From an uncultured Methanoregulaceae archaeon (GTDB lineage Archaea > Halobacteriota > Methanomicrobia > Methanomicrobiales > Methanospirillaceae), in the NCBI GenBank assembly GCA_963705255.1, contig OY970061.1, forward strand, positions 2,368,001 to 2,432,000: DNA of 64,000 nt, given 5' to 3'. Numbering within the stretch: position 1 is the first letter of the stretch; every line of letters begins with the position of its first letter. The notes beneath the pieces were generated by a model, which was not told the DNA's origin, did no database searches, and saw only the letters and a list, made by a program, of their open reading frames with translations. The position numbers were made by a program, and so were the translations under genes. Below, one piece after another: positions 31,585 to 42,469 of the stretch.

Positions 31585-32698
31585 GATCTGTGATGTGACG
31601 CTGAGGGATGGGGAACAGACGCCGGGAGTCTCGTTCTCGTGCAGGGAGAAAGTGGATATTGCCAGCACGCTGGATGCGATAGGGATTGAAGTCATCGAAG
31701 CGGGTTTTCCTGCCGTATCCGCGAACGAAAAGGAGTGCGTGACAACGATCGCCGATCTCGGGCTTGACGCCCGCATCTGTGGTTTTGCCCGGGCCCGGGA
31801 AGGTGACATACAGGCAGCGATCGACTGCGGGGTGGACATGGTGAGCATTTTCATTCCGACATCCGAACTTCACGTCCGGCTCAAGTTCAGGAAGCCCCGG
31901 GAGCAGGTCCTCCAGGATGCCCTGAAGATGATCGATTACGCGAGGGAACAGGGTGTTCAGGTCCGGTTTGCAGCCGAGGACGCATCCCGGACCGATCTGC
32001 CTTTTCTCAGGGAAGTCTACCGCGGTGCGGCGGACCATGGGGCCGTCCTCCTCAGTTTTGCCGACACGGTAGGCTGCCTGATCCCAAGCGAGATGCGAGT
32101 TGTGATGGCGGACCTCGTAGCATCGGTCGACCGCCCATTCTGCGCCCACTGTCACAATGACATGGGCTGCGCCGTGGCAAACACGATCACAGCGGCTGAG
32201 GCAGGGGCCTTCCAGCTCCACACCACGGTCAACGGGATCGGGGAACGTGCCGGGAACGCATCCCTTGACGAACTGCTGGTCGCGCTGAGGATGAAAGGAG
32301 GTGTTGACCGGTATGATCTCTCGCACCTCAAAGACCTCTCCCTCATGGTAGAGAAGTATTCCGGGATAACCCTCCCCCGGAACAAACCTGTAACCGGGGA
32401 ACTCGCCTTTTCGCACGAGAGTGGCATCCACATCGCGGCGATCCTCGAAGACCCGCTCGCGTATGAGTACTTCCCGCCCGGGCTTGTTGGCGGAGAACGG
32501 CACTTCATTCTCGGCAAGCACACCGGAAAAAAGGCGCTTGAGCATGTGGTGGCTTCCATGGGCTGCGAGCTCTCGGAAACGCAGATCTGCCGTGTTCTCG
32601 ACATGGTCAAGAACCATTCGGAACACAAGTGCAACATCACGCCGGATGTGCTGAAAAAACTGATCCGGAAAGCACAACATGAACAGGAGAATGCCTGA
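31565..32698 (+). CDS. aksA: Homocitrate synthase family protein
   Basis: DVTLRDGEQ, HCHND, GIGERAGN, HESGIH; no LeuA regulatory domain. Confidence 0.75.
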   Translation: MKPWNVEICDVTLRDGEQTPGVSFSCREKVDIASTLDAIGIEVIEAGFPAVSANEKECVTTIADLGLDARICGFARAREGDIQAAIDCGVDMVSIFIPTSELHVRLKFRKPREQVLQDALKMIDYAREQGVQVRFAAEDASRTDLPFLREVYRGAADHGAVLLSFADTVGCLIPSEMRVVMADLVASVDRPFCAHCHNDMGCAVANTITAAEAGAFQLHTTVNGIGERAGNASLDELLVALRMKGGVDRYDLSHLKDLSLMVEKYSGITLPRNKPVTGELAFSHESGIHIAAILEDPLAYEYFPPGLVGGERHFILGKHTGKKALEHVVASMGCELSETQICRVLDMVKNHSEHKCNITPDVLKKLIRKAQHEQENA

Positions 32699-33911
32699 AT
32701 GAGTACCCTTTCGGAACGGATCCTTGGTGCATCGGCCGGGGAATATGTGGACCGGAACGTGGACCGGGCCTATGCCCACGATGGTACCGGTGTCCTTGCC
32801 CTTGAAGCATGGAAGAACATGAGCGGAAGCCGGCTTGCAAAAGCAACCGAGCTCTATCTGCAGTTCGACCATATTGTCCCGGCAAACAACAGTACCACCG
32901 CTACGCTCCAGCACGAGCTCCGTGAATTCGCCCGCAGTTCGTTCATGCACTTCTCCGATATCGGTGGAGGCATCTGCCACCAGCTGATGAGCGAGGGGGT
33001 CGTCCTGCCCGGGGAGATCGTTGTCGGTGCCGACTCGCACAGTGTTACTGTCGGGGCATTCGGCGCATTCGCGACCGGGGTCGGAGGCTACAGATATGGC
33101 AGCGATCTGGCTGACCGGTGAGACGTGGTTCCGGGTCCCGGAATCTGTCGGGATCCACCTCTCGGGCAGGTTTACCGGAGCTGCGGAAGCCAAGGACCTC
33201 GCCCTTACCTATGTCGGAAAGCTCGGAACTGACGGTGCCACGTATCAGGCGCTCGAGTTCGTGGGCGAGGGGATGCGGCACCTCTCTATGGATGAGCGGC
33301 TCGTGCTCTCCAACCTCTCGGTGGAAGCCGGGGCCAAGGCTGGGCTGTGCTATGCGGACGATATCACCGTCCGCTATCTCAGGGAACGGGGGCACGCGGT
33401 GTCAGCCCAGTTTCCTGAACCCTGCACGTACGCACAGGAACTGGAGATCGATCTCTCCGACGTCGTCCCGCTTGTTGCCGTACCCCCCCGTGTGGATATG
33501 GTGCAACCCGTCCACGAGCTCGAAGGGCTCCCGCTCGACCAGGTCTTTGTCGGGACCTGCACGAACGGGAGGTACTCCGACCTTGCCCGGTTCGCCCGGA
33601 TCGTGAAGGGCAGAAAAGTGGCGGTGAGGACCATAGTTATCCCGGCCTCTGCAGAAATTCTCGAGAAGACAATCCGGTCCGGCGTGCTTGCTGATATCAT
33701 CGGCGCAGGCTGCACCATCGGGACTCCCGGCTGCGGCCCCTGCATCGGCTACCATATGGGTGTCCTTGGTGAAGGGGAAGTATGCCTCTCTACGGCGAAC
33801 CGGAATTTCAAGAACCGGATGGGCGTGGGCGGCGAGATCTATCTCTCTTCTGTGGCCACCGCCGCAGCGAGCGCTCTTGAAGGTGAGATAACCGCGCCCG
33901 AGGTGATCTGA
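32699..33911 (+). CDS. aksD: Homoaconitase large subunit (frameshift near 33085)
   Basis: GICHQ, GADSH, GTCTNGR, GCGPCIG, NRNFKNRMG. Confidence 0.75.
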
Positions 33912-34381
33912 TGCAGGGTGAAGGGCACGCTGTCTGTCTCCCGGCGGATATCGATACCGATTTGATTATTGCCGGGCGGTACCTGAGGACCAGAGACCGG
34001 AGCCTCTGGGCAGCCCACGTATTCGAGGACCTCGATCCCGCCCTTGCAGCCCGGCTCAAAGGCGCAGTGATCGTTGCCGGCAAGAATTTTGGCTGCGGGT
34101 CGTCGCGTGAGCAGGCCCCGATCGCAATCCGCGAAGCCGGTGTTGCTGCGGTCATTGCCCCCTCATTTGCTCGGATCTTCTTCCGCAACGCGGTCAACAT
34201 CGGGCTGCCGCTCATTGAATCGAATCTGTCCTGTGAAGAAGGGAATTCTGTCAGGTTCAACGTGGCTGAAGGCTGGGTGGAGAGCGGAGGAAAACGGTAC
34301 GGGATCCGTCCCCTCTCACCCCGCATGCGGGAGATTCTTGCTGCAGGAGGACTCGTGGAATACTGGAGAGGACACCAATGA
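33911..34381 (+). CDS. aksE: Homoaconitase small subunit
   Basis: IDTDLII, YLRT loop (homoaconitase type), NFGCGSSREQA. Confidence 0.8.
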   Translation: MQGEGHAVCLPADIDTDLIIAGRYLRTRDRSLWAAHVFEDLDPALAARLKGAVIVAGKNFGCGSSREQAPIAIREAGVAAVIAPSFARIFFRNAVNIGLPLIESNLSCEEGNSVRFNVAEGWVESGGKRYGIRPLSPRMREILAAGGLVEYWRGHQ

Positions 34382-35178
34382 TATTCCCGGAACACTGCAA
34401 ATACGTGGGGATCGCCTCGACAAAACCCTGCGGAGAACGGGTCTATTTCCTGAGCCGGTACCTTCTCCGGGAGACGGATGGCGGGTATGAGTTATCGGAA
34501 GTGACACTCGACCCTGAAGAGAAAGGGATGATGCGGGACATCGTCTCGTCAAAGGTACTTGCCCGGCCCCATGAAGTGTACTGCTATCTGGAAAAAGTGC
34601 AGCTCCACGACCGCACACGGCTTGTCCGGCTGGCCCTTGAATCAGGACGCCGTTGCACGGTATTTACCGGCCTTGACGAGCACCGCACGTTCGTCCTCGA
34701 CCCCGACCTTTCCGGATTTCTGGAGATCCATGTCTATGACGTGACCCCTCCCCGCCCGAGCCTTTCCCTGTGCCTGCAGGAACTGGAATCCGCGGGGCTC
34801 TTCGGTGACCTCTCCGTTGTATTCAGCCACCATGTGCGGGACATCACGGATATCCATGCCGATGTTTACCCGTGCCGGGCAGCAGGATTTGCGAGAACGC
34901 TCGATGCCGATCCGATGTGCGGCGGTGAGCGCGTTGCAGGCTGTCTCACCGGCTCGCAGTTTTATACCGAGTCCTATGGGCACAACTTCAGGCTCGAGAA
35001 CATCTGTCCCCTTGAAAGCGTGAACGAAGAACCTTTCATCGCCAGGTGCTGCCGTGCAGAACGTGAGGGCCCCGGGAGCTGGAACGGGAAGTCAGGATCC
35101 ATTGTTCACTGGGGGGCAAACCCTGCGCAGATCGCCGGTTCGGTCAGGGAACTGGTCAGCCGCTGGAGGGCGAAGTGA
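34378..35178 (+). CDS. Cys-rich conserved hypothetical protein
   Basis: Coupled to aksE and aksF; YPC, AGC, ICP, RCC motifs. Confidence 0.7.
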   Translation: MIFPEHCKYVGIASTKPCGERVYFLSRYLLRETDGGYELSEVTLDPEEKGMMRDIVSSKVLARPHEVYCYLEKVQLHDRTRLVRLALESGRRCTVFTGLDEHRTFVLDPDLSGFLEIHVYDVTPPRPSLSLCLQELESAGLFGDLSVVFSHHVRDITDIHADVYPCRAAGFARTLDADPMCGGERVAGCLTGSQFYTESYGHNFRLENICPLESVNEEPFIARCCRAEREGPGSWNGKSGSIVHWGANPAQIAGSVRELVSRWRAK

Positions 35179-36143
35179 AAAAAATTGCGGTTGTCGAAGG
35201 AGACGGAATCGGGCACGAAGTGATTCCGGTTGCAAAACGTGTCCTCGAACTCCTGCATCCTGAGTACGAGTATTTTCCGGTTGAGGTTGGCTATGGGAGG
35301 TGGGAGCGAACCGGGTGCCCCTGTACCGATCCTGATATTGCGGAACTGAAGACCGCTGATGCAATACTTTTTGGGGCTGTCACCACTCCTCCTATGAAGG
35401 ACTACCAGAGTGTTGTCCTGCGAATCAGGAAAGCGCTCGATCTCTATGCGAACCTGCGCCCGGTGAAGGATGGCGGGTTCGATATCATGATCGTACGGGA
35501 AAATACCGAAGGGCTCTACTCCGGCATCGAGGAGTCCGGTCCTGACCGGGCGACGACGCTCCGGGTCGTGACCCGGAAAGGGTCTGAACGGATCGCGAAA
35601 ACCGCAGTCCGGCTTGCACGGGAGCGGGGGGGCAGGCTGACGGTCGCGCACAAGGCAAATGTGCTCAAGTCCGATGTCTTCTTCCGGGATATCTGCCTTG
35701 CAGAGGCAAAGGCTGTCGGAATACCCTGTAATGACAAATTCATTGATGCCCTGTCGCTCGACATCCTCCAGCATCCGGAGTCGTATGACGTGGTCGTGAC
35801 CACCAATGTTTTCGGGGACATCCTGTCCGACGTGGCTTCGTACCTTGTCGGCGGGCTGGGATTCGTGCCCAGTGCCAATATCGGCGACCGCTACGCCCTT
35901 TTTGAGCCGGTGCACGGGAGTGCGCCCGATATTGCCGGGAAAAATATCGCGAACCCAATTGCTGCAATCCGGAGTGTGGCACTGCTGCTTGCATATCTGG
36001 GGGACAAGGGTGGTGCAGAGCGGACGGAATCTGCCATCAGGGAAGTGGTTGCCCAAAGGATTCGCACCCGGGACCTTGGCGGATCAGCCGGGACCCGCGA
36101 GTTCGGTGATGCGGTCATCCGTGCGCTCAGACACGGGCAATGA
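35175..36143 (+). CDS. aksF: Homoisocitrate/isopropylmalate dehydrogenase family protein
   Basis: GDGIGHEV, RENTEGLY, HKANVLK, EPVHGSAPDIAG. Confidence 0.75.
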   Translation: MKKIAVVEGDGIGHEVIPVAKRVLELLHPEYEYFPVEVGYGRWERTGCPCTDPDIAELKTADAILFGAVTTPPMKDYQSVVLRIRKALDLYANLRPVKDGGFDIMIVRENTEGLYSGIEESGPDRATTLRVVTRKGSERIAKTAVRLARERGGRLTVAHKANVLKSDVFFRDICLAEAKAVGIPCNDKFIDALSLDILQHPESYDVVVTTNVFGDILSDVASYLVGGLGFVPSANIGDRYALFEPVHGSAPDIAGKNIANPIAAIRSVALLLAYLGDKGGAERTESAIREVVAQRIRTRDLGGSAGTREFGDAVIRALRHGQ

Positions 36144-36218
36144 CCAGAAACGTTTGCAGAAAAAAGTGGAGGCGGATATGTGCCGTCTGTGACGGGATAA
36201 CCCGTTTCCTATTGAGGT

Positions 36219-36773
36219 TTATAAAAGCGGAGCATGGTCATCAACCTCTTCGTGCACCCGTGACCCAGGTACATCTGTCAGCACCTGCTTTATCTCAAGG
36301 GAAAACGGTGTCAGGACCGTGTCTACCGTTTCACCCGATTTAACAGCGAGCTGGTAATCGACATGGTAGCTGGCGTTTTCCGGTATCCCGACCGTAAACG
36401 GGAAGAGGAGCAGATGGTGACTGGATCTCCGTATCCGGGTCAGGGTGATTGACATGATGTTTTCATACAAAATTTCCCGGGCAGCCTTCACATCTGCAAG
36501 GATCTCGGCCGGGTCACTCATCATATACTGGTCTGCCAGCGTCCACGATGAACCGACTTCTCCTGAACCTGAAATGCAGAACGGCCACCAATTATTGCGT
36601 TTCTGTTTTGGGCGATCCTGCATGGTGGATTCAGGAAGAGGGGAGATGATGAGCCGTACGTTCGTAAGGATCAGCATGCAGTCCCGGTTTTTCTTTCCTG
36701 CACCGGTTAGTTTCCGGCACGGGGCTACGTGAAGGACACGATCCTTTATCCCGGGACCTTTCAATTCATCCAC
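36219..36773 (-). CDS. Hypothetical protein
   Basis: 184-aa ORF, no recognisable motif. Confidence 0.45.
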   Translation of the reverse strand: MDELKGPGIKDRVLHVAPCRKLTGAGKKNRDCMLILTNVRLIISPLPESTMQDRPKQKRNNWWPFCISGSGEVGSSWTLADQYMMSDPAEILADVKAAREILYENIMSITLTRIRRSSHHLLLFPFTVGIPENASYHVDYQLAVKSGETVDTVLTPFSLEIKQVLTDVPGSRVHEEVDDHAPLL

Positions 36774-37274
36774 GATACTAGTGGATAGTTACTCTCCATA
36801 AATAACGTTTTTCTGCAGTTATGGTCTCCTTTTGCATTCAGACGCATCTTCAGGGTCCGGGCATCCGAAGGACAAGAACCCCACCATCTTTTACCGGATA
36901 CCTGGTACCAAAACATTTCCATCAGATCCGGAAACCGACTGCAGAATGCCTGTTTATCTGAACCCCTGCTCTGGCTGCCAGCACCCGGTCCGGACAGATC
37001 CGAAAGAGAAGGAAATTCCTGTTTTGGCTCTGGCATTGTCCGCCCATTATTCTCATCACCCCTATCTCGTTCACGGGAATCCGGCAAAAGACGCATGTAT
37101 CCGGTATCTTCCCGTATCACAGATAGAATAATTTCTGAACCGCAAGGTTTGTGACGGGGGGCCGGCTGGGAACGGCGGAATATTTCCGTTAACTATTCAA
37201 GATCTACGGGCAGATTCAGCTTGTTCAGGAGCGTGTTTATTCATCGAACCGGTCATACTGGGGACAGCCGCGAT

Positions 37275-37816
37275 GGTGTGCCCGTCCTCATTTTCTTTGC
37301 ACGTGTAGCCGAGGCGAGCCTAGAGTCGCTCAGGACGATCTATATCAGCAAAGGGCATGCGAACCTTGCAGCCTACGTCGGGATCGTCAAACCGGCATCT
37401 GGCTGATATCAACCGGTCTCGTGCTGACCGATCTTACTGATTTCTGGAACCTGTTTGCCTATCTCGCCGGTTATGGTATCGGGACAGTGCTCGGTATGCA
37501 GATTGAGAATATCATATCCATCGGGTACGTGATCGTACGGCTCATAACTCCCGACGACCCGCAGCCGCTCATCGCCCAGCTTTCCACGCTCGGCTATGGG
37601 ATGAAGAGGATCGAAGGTTCGGGCAGTTTCTCCCATACGGTGAATATCATCTTTATGATCGTCCCCCGCACCGAGCTGGCCCGCCTGCTCGGTATCATCT
37701 CCCGGGACTACCCGGATCTCCTGTACACTATTGAAGACGTACGGAACATCAAGGACGGGGCACGAATTTTCTACAAGGACCCGAAACGGCGGGTCCTAAG
37801 CTTCTTTGGGTTATAA
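37275..37816 (+). CDS. DUF2179/DUF5698 (UPF0316) membrane protein; frameshift near 37390, 5' end unclear
   Basis: PVLIFFARVAEASLESLRTIYISKG then AYLAGYGIGTVLGM and C-terminal PII-like segment. Confidence 0.7.
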
Positions 37817-37878
37817 CTTCCCCTCTCCTTCGTTTTTAGCTCTATCCAAAGGTCTATTTCCCTTCCCTCCCATCCATC

Positions 37879-38364
37879 ATGCAGGAAGTCCCTATGAACA
37901 CCGGAACTGGCAGGAAAACCGGGGACCGTATCCCCATCTATAATGCCCGAACAGGAAACGTGGACCAGGTCACTCCTGTCATCCGCACAGATGCAGAATG
38001 GCAGGCGCTCCTCACGCCGGAGCAGTATCAGGTTGCGAGAAAACAGGGTACGGAATACGCGTTCACCGGCAGGTTCCACAACTGGAAGGAACACGGGATC
38101 TATGCCTGCGTCTGCTGCGGTACCGACCTCTTTTTATCGGACACCAAGTTCGATTCCGGGACCGGTTGGCCCAGTTTTTACGCGCCGGTCTCCGGGATCA
38201 ATGTCCTCACCCGGACCGATACCTCGCTGGGCACGCCCCGGACCGAAGTCCTCTGTGCACGGTGCGGTGCCCACCTCGGTCATGTCTTCGATGACGGGCC
38301 TCCCCCAACCTGGAAGCGGTACTGCATGAACTCGGCGGCTCTCGATTTTGTAAAGACGCCGTGA
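37879..38364 (+). CDS. msrB: Peptide-methionine (R)-S-oxide reductase
   Basis: KFDSGTGWPSF, HLGHVFDDGP, RYCMNS. Confidence 0.95.
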   Translation: MQEVPMNTGTGRKTGDRIPIYNARTGNVDQVTPVIRTDAEWQALLTPEQYQVARKQGTEYAFTGRFHNWKEHGIYACVCCGTDLFLSDTKFDSGTGWPSFYAPVSGINVLTRTDTSLGTPRTEVLCARCGAHLGHVFDDGPPPTWKRYCMNSAALDFVKTP

Positions 38365-38701
38365 GCCGGGCGGACACATTCCTGCGTATCGGGTATCCCT
38401 TCATCAGCCGCTCGATCGGCTTCCCGCTATCCCACATGTTCAGACTTGCTCCTACCGCCCTGTCCGCGGATCGGTTCGACCCACCACTTACGTATTCCGT
38501 CTGTATGCTGTTGACATGGAAGTATCGGAGCCGATGGACGGGCACACTCCTCTCAAAGGTCGAATGTATCACTACGTTCGGGAGATATTTTTTCTTTTTG
38601 CCAAGAGTGAAAGGTACCTCGCCTCATATATTGTATGGTGAACAGTCTGTTGCAGGACAAAATCCGTAATGCTAATAATGATGACCTCCCCAACAATCCG
38701 C

Positions 38702-39427
38702 ATGAAGAAGTCTTATTCCGTTGGACTCGCAGTTATTGCACTTGTCCTGCTGGCGACATTCATCGCAGTTCCGGTATCAGCAGATGTTACCGTCAATGCA
38801 AGCACGGCAACGAACACCGCCGTGCAACCCTCAGTCTCTGCAACGGTCTCATCCGCAATCCCGACAGTCGGGACACCGGTAACCATCAGTGGTGTGGCAA
38901 CCGGTGGCAACCTGTCTGCCGGGATTCAGATCTGGGTCTTTGCCGGCAATTATGTAAATGTCTCTATCGTGCCGGTCAAACCCGATGGAACATTCTCCAA
39001 TACGTACCCGACAACCGGGTTCCCTCCCGCCACGTATTATGTATTTGTCCAGAGCCCGGGAAATGACGGGGTGTTCAATATGGACCTGCAATCATCAGGA
39101 GTTTATTCGGGTGATGTGGTAAATACCCAGACCGGGGCACTCCTCTTCAACTTCACCGGCGCCGGGAGCGTCCAGGACGCAGCTGCTTCCAAAGCGCTCT
39201 CGGACGCAATCAACCAGCAGTCATTCGATGATGTGTACACGAAGCTCACATTTCAGCTCGTTGCCGCAGGAACGACGCCCACAGAGATGATACCTGCCTC
39301 GTCGATCAGTACGACTGTAACCCAGACCCAGCTGCCTGCTACCACCCAGTCCCCTCTTTCGACAGCGACAATCCTTGCGGGGCTCTGTGTTGCCGGACTC
39401 GCGGTTACATGGTTCGTTCGCCGGTAA
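38702..39427 (+). CDS. Secreted/surface protein with C-terminal anchor
   Basis: Signal peptide, Thr-rich linker, TM plus RR tail. Confidence 0.75.
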   Translation: MKKSYSVGLAVIALVLLATFIAVPVSADVTVNASTATNTAVQPSVSATVSSAIPTVGTPVTISGVATGGNLSAGIQIWVFAGNYVNVSIVPVKPDGTFSNTYPTTGFPPATYYVFVQSPGNDGVFNMDLQSSGVYSGDVVNTQTGALLFNFTGAGSVQDAAASKALSDAINQQSFDDVYTKLTFQLVAAGTTPTEMIPASSISTTVTQTQLPATTQSPLSTATILAGLCVAGLAVTWFVRR

Positions 39428-39513
39428 ACTATCTTTCCGTTTTTTTTCTCCTCTCGAGCGATAGTTTTTATTGACTGTCTCTCAAAGGTGAATTAAGCGG
39501 AAGGGAGATCTCT

Positions 39514-40473
39514 ATGAAAATCCTGCATCTTATCATCGTTCTTGCGATAATTTTTATTCTGGCAGGCGTGCCGTTGGCGTCCGCGGATGAATCCGCAGCA
39601 GGGAACCAGGGATGGTATGTCATCCATTGCAATGTGTATGGGGCGGACATTTATTTCGATGACAAATACGTCGGGAGATTCCAGGCAGGAACCATGACCG
39701 TTCCGGCATCCACCACCGGGACCCCGTACAAGACAATCAGGATACAGAGATATGGATATATGACCTACACCAGTTCCCTAACGCTCGTTCCGGGGACCGA
39801 CCAGACCGTTGACCTGAACGTAACCCTCAATCCGATCAGCAGCGTCACCCCCACGCAGACCACGGCTGGCAGTGATACTGGCTGGTACGTGGTCCACAGC
39901 AACGTTGAAGGGGCTACGGTTCTTTTCGATGGGGTGAATATGGGAATAATTTCAGGGGGGAATTTAACAGTGCCGGTCTATTCTACCGGGACCATTTATC
40001 AGTCTTATACGGTTCAGAAAGACGGATACACCACGTATTCCGGGAAGATTGCCAGTGTACCGCAGAAAGGGGAAACAGTTGATCTCTACTCCACCTTGAC
40101 CCTGGTGGCTGCCGTATCAACAACTCCCTCGGGAGCCCTCGGAGCTGTGGGTTGGTTTGTGGTCCACAGTAATATTGACGGTGCAAGCGTCTCGCTGGAT
40201 AACGATCCCAAAGGGGTGATAACGAATGGCAATCTCCTGATACGGGTCTCTGCGACCGGAACACCCTATAAAACCTTCACAGTATATAAGAGCGGGTATA
40301 TCCCATTCACCAGTATCATTGATACGTATCCTGCGCAAAACAGGACTGTTGACCTCTATGCAACCCTCAACCCGCAGACAGCGACGACCCCGAAATCTAC
40401 TCTCCCTCCGGTGATCCCCCTCATTTCCCTGATATCCGGTGGAATTGCCGCAGCAGTACTTTCACGAAAATAA
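39514..40473 (+). CDS. Surface protein with three PEGA-like repeats
   Basis: Three GWYV(I/V)HxNVxGA repeats; signal peptide and C-terminal anchor. Confidence 0.8.
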   Translation: MKILHLIIVLAIIFILAGVPLASADESAAGNQGWYVIHCNVYGADIYFDDKYVGRFQAGTMTVPASTTGTPYKTIRIQRYGYMTYTSSLTLVPGTDQTVDLNVTLNPISSVTPTQTTAGSDTGWYVVHSNVEGATVLFDGVNMGIISGGNLTVPVYSTGTIYQSYTVQKDGYTTYSGKIASVPQKGETVDLYSTLTLVAAVSTTPSGALGAVGWFVVHSNIDGASVSLDNDPKGVITNGNLLIRVSATGTPYKTFTVYKSGYIPFTSIIDTYPAQNRTVDLYATLNPQTATTPKSTLPPVIPLISLISGGIAAAVLSRK

Positions 40474-40769
40474 TTTTTTCTTGCTTTACTATAGTCATTA
40501 CGCTTCGTAACCGGTTTTTTCAGCGTCCGCCAGCAGGTGACAATACCGAGGATGAACATCGCCCCGGCGAAGATCATCTGGAGATTGTGCTGGTATGCCA
40601 GATCTCTTTTTCACCAATAATCCGGTGATGCCGGTCTGCCACTATTGTTCCGGATGACCCGCATTTTCTTCCAGCTCCCGCACCGTTCCCTCCCGCAAGG
40701 ATTTATCATGTTCATGGTTGTTCATTATTGCAGACATTCTGCGATGATGCCGGAAGGAGAAAAGAGAGC

Positions 40770-41831
40770 ATGATTGCACTCCGTTTTTACCGGATTTATG
40801 ATATCGGAAGGGAGATCGACCTCAACTGGCTGGAGCAGGCTCTCGCCAAGAACTATTTCACCGCACGGACGAGCTTTGTCCGTGTCAAGCCGAAATCGAT
40901 TATGATCGAGGAGCCCCCGCTCATGATCCAGATGAACCCGATCCGGGTCGAACGGGACGGGCGGCAGTTTGAGTTTTCCGTTGCTGCAAGGGTGTACGAT
41001 ATCGGGGTTATCAGTTTTTGTTTCATTTACGAGAACCCGATTGCGAATCTCGCCGCGCTTGAAGAACTGGCGTTCCTGTTTGCCGGCCAGGAAGGGCTTA
41101 CGGACTTCTATGTCCAGTACCTCAAGACTCTCGGGGAGATCATACGTCCCCACATCAGGAACTTTGCAATCAACCCGGACTTCTACGAAGATTACACCAT
41201 CTATGTGACCGACCGCCGGGACGATTCCATCGATCCGGTCGCCCTCCTGATAGGAGAAAAGACCAGTATCTCCTCCCAGATGCGCGAGGAGATCATCAAG
41301 AACTCCCTCAGCTATACGACCGATGACCTGGCGATCCTTTCATGGGATACAGCACTCCTGTGCAACCCTGAGAGCCCGACCGACCTCATCGACCTCATCG
41401 AATTTGCCAATGTCCAGGTCCTGGAACTCAGGTACTATGACCGGGAACTGACGCGGGAGATGGAGAAGATGTACGATGACATCGAGCATGCCGATCAGAT
41501 GGCCCCCTTCCGGAGGGGGCGGCAGTACCATGCAATCATGTCAAAGCTCATGGAGACCTCAGCAGAAATTTCCGAGATCATCGAAAAAGTCGACAACCTG
41601 ATCAAGGTCACGGAAGATGTCTATTACGCCCGGGTATACGCGACAGCTCTCAAGGTGCTCAGGAGCAGCCAGTGGAGCGAGAGCGTGAGCCGGAAGATCG
41701 AGGTGATCCAGGAGAACTACTCGATGCTCTCGGACGAGGTACGGATCCAGCACTCCAACTTCCTCGAATGGGTCATCATCATCCTCATCGCCCTCGAATT
41801 CGTGCTCGCTATCTGGCAGAGCATACGGTAG
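40770..41831 (+). CDS. RMD1/DUF155-like protein
   Basis: C-terminal LEWVIIILIALE TM; ELRYYD motif. Confidence 0.6.
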   Translation: MIALRFYRIYDIGREIDLNWLEQALAKNYFTARTSFVRVKPKSIMIEEPPLMIQMNPIRVERDGRQFEFSVAARVYDIGVISFCFIYENPIANLAALEELAFLFAGQEGLTDFYVQYLKTLGEIIRPHIRNFAINPDFYEDYTIYVTDRRDDSIDPVALLIGEKTSISSQMREEIIKNSLSYTTDDLAILSWDTALLCNPESPTDLIDLIEFANVQVLELRYYDRELTREMEKMYDDIEHADQMAPFRRGRQYHAIMSKLMETSAEISEIIEKVDNLIKVTEDVYYARVYATALKVLRSSQWSESVSRKIEVIQENYSMLSDEVRIQHSNFLEWVIIILIALEFVLAIWQSIR

Positions 41832-41842
41832 CGGGGGGTATC

Positions 41843-42325
41843 CTGACCTTCGAATGTTTCCAGTGCGGGGACTGCTGCAGCCACCTCGGCTGGGTCCATA
41901 TCATAAAGGAAGATTACGGGGAGTACCGTTTCCTGATCCGCAATACGTATACCGGCGAGGAGACCCCGGTAACTGTCGACCCTGACAAGAGGGAACTCTT
42001 TGATGACATGAGTATTTTTGAAAAGCTCCCACACACCTGCCCGTTCTTCCGCCATCGCCCCGGGAGCGAGAAGGCGTACTGTACCGTTCACCTGACACGG
42101 CCGGAAATCTGCCGCGACTATGGCTGCTGGAGGCTCCTGATCCTCGACCACCGGGGCAGGCGGGCGGGAAGGGTCAAGTATATCCGCACTCTCTGTTCCG
42201 AAGATACCCTCCTCAACCGGCTGTGGGAGAGCTGCATCGAAAATCACCGGGAACCGGATGATAAAAAATGGGAGGACGAGATGATCCGGATCCTCCGGCG
42301 GGCCGGGTACAGCGTCCGGAAATAA
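41843..42325 (+). CDS. YkgJ-family cysteine cluster protein (start uncertain)
   Basis: FECFQCGDCC, CPFF, CTVHLTRPEICRDY. Confidence 0.8.
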   Translation: MTFECFQCGDCCSHLGWVHIIKEDYGEYRFLIRNTYTGEETPVTVDPDKRELFDDMSIFEKLPHTCPFFRHRPGSEKAYCTVHLTRPEICRDYGCWRLLILDHRGRRAGRVKYIRTLCSEDTLLNRLWESCIENHREPDDKKWEDEMIRILRRAGYSVRK

Positions 42326-42469
42326 GGGAGCACCACGATGGAACCGGGACCGGATGCCCAGATAATCGTGTATGAGCACTGTTCGAACCAGCTTCCCGGG
42401 TAAACCTGTTCACTTTCTCCCCGCGCACCTCCCCATTAAAAAGTCCCGTGTCCGTATCCTCACGCAGGA

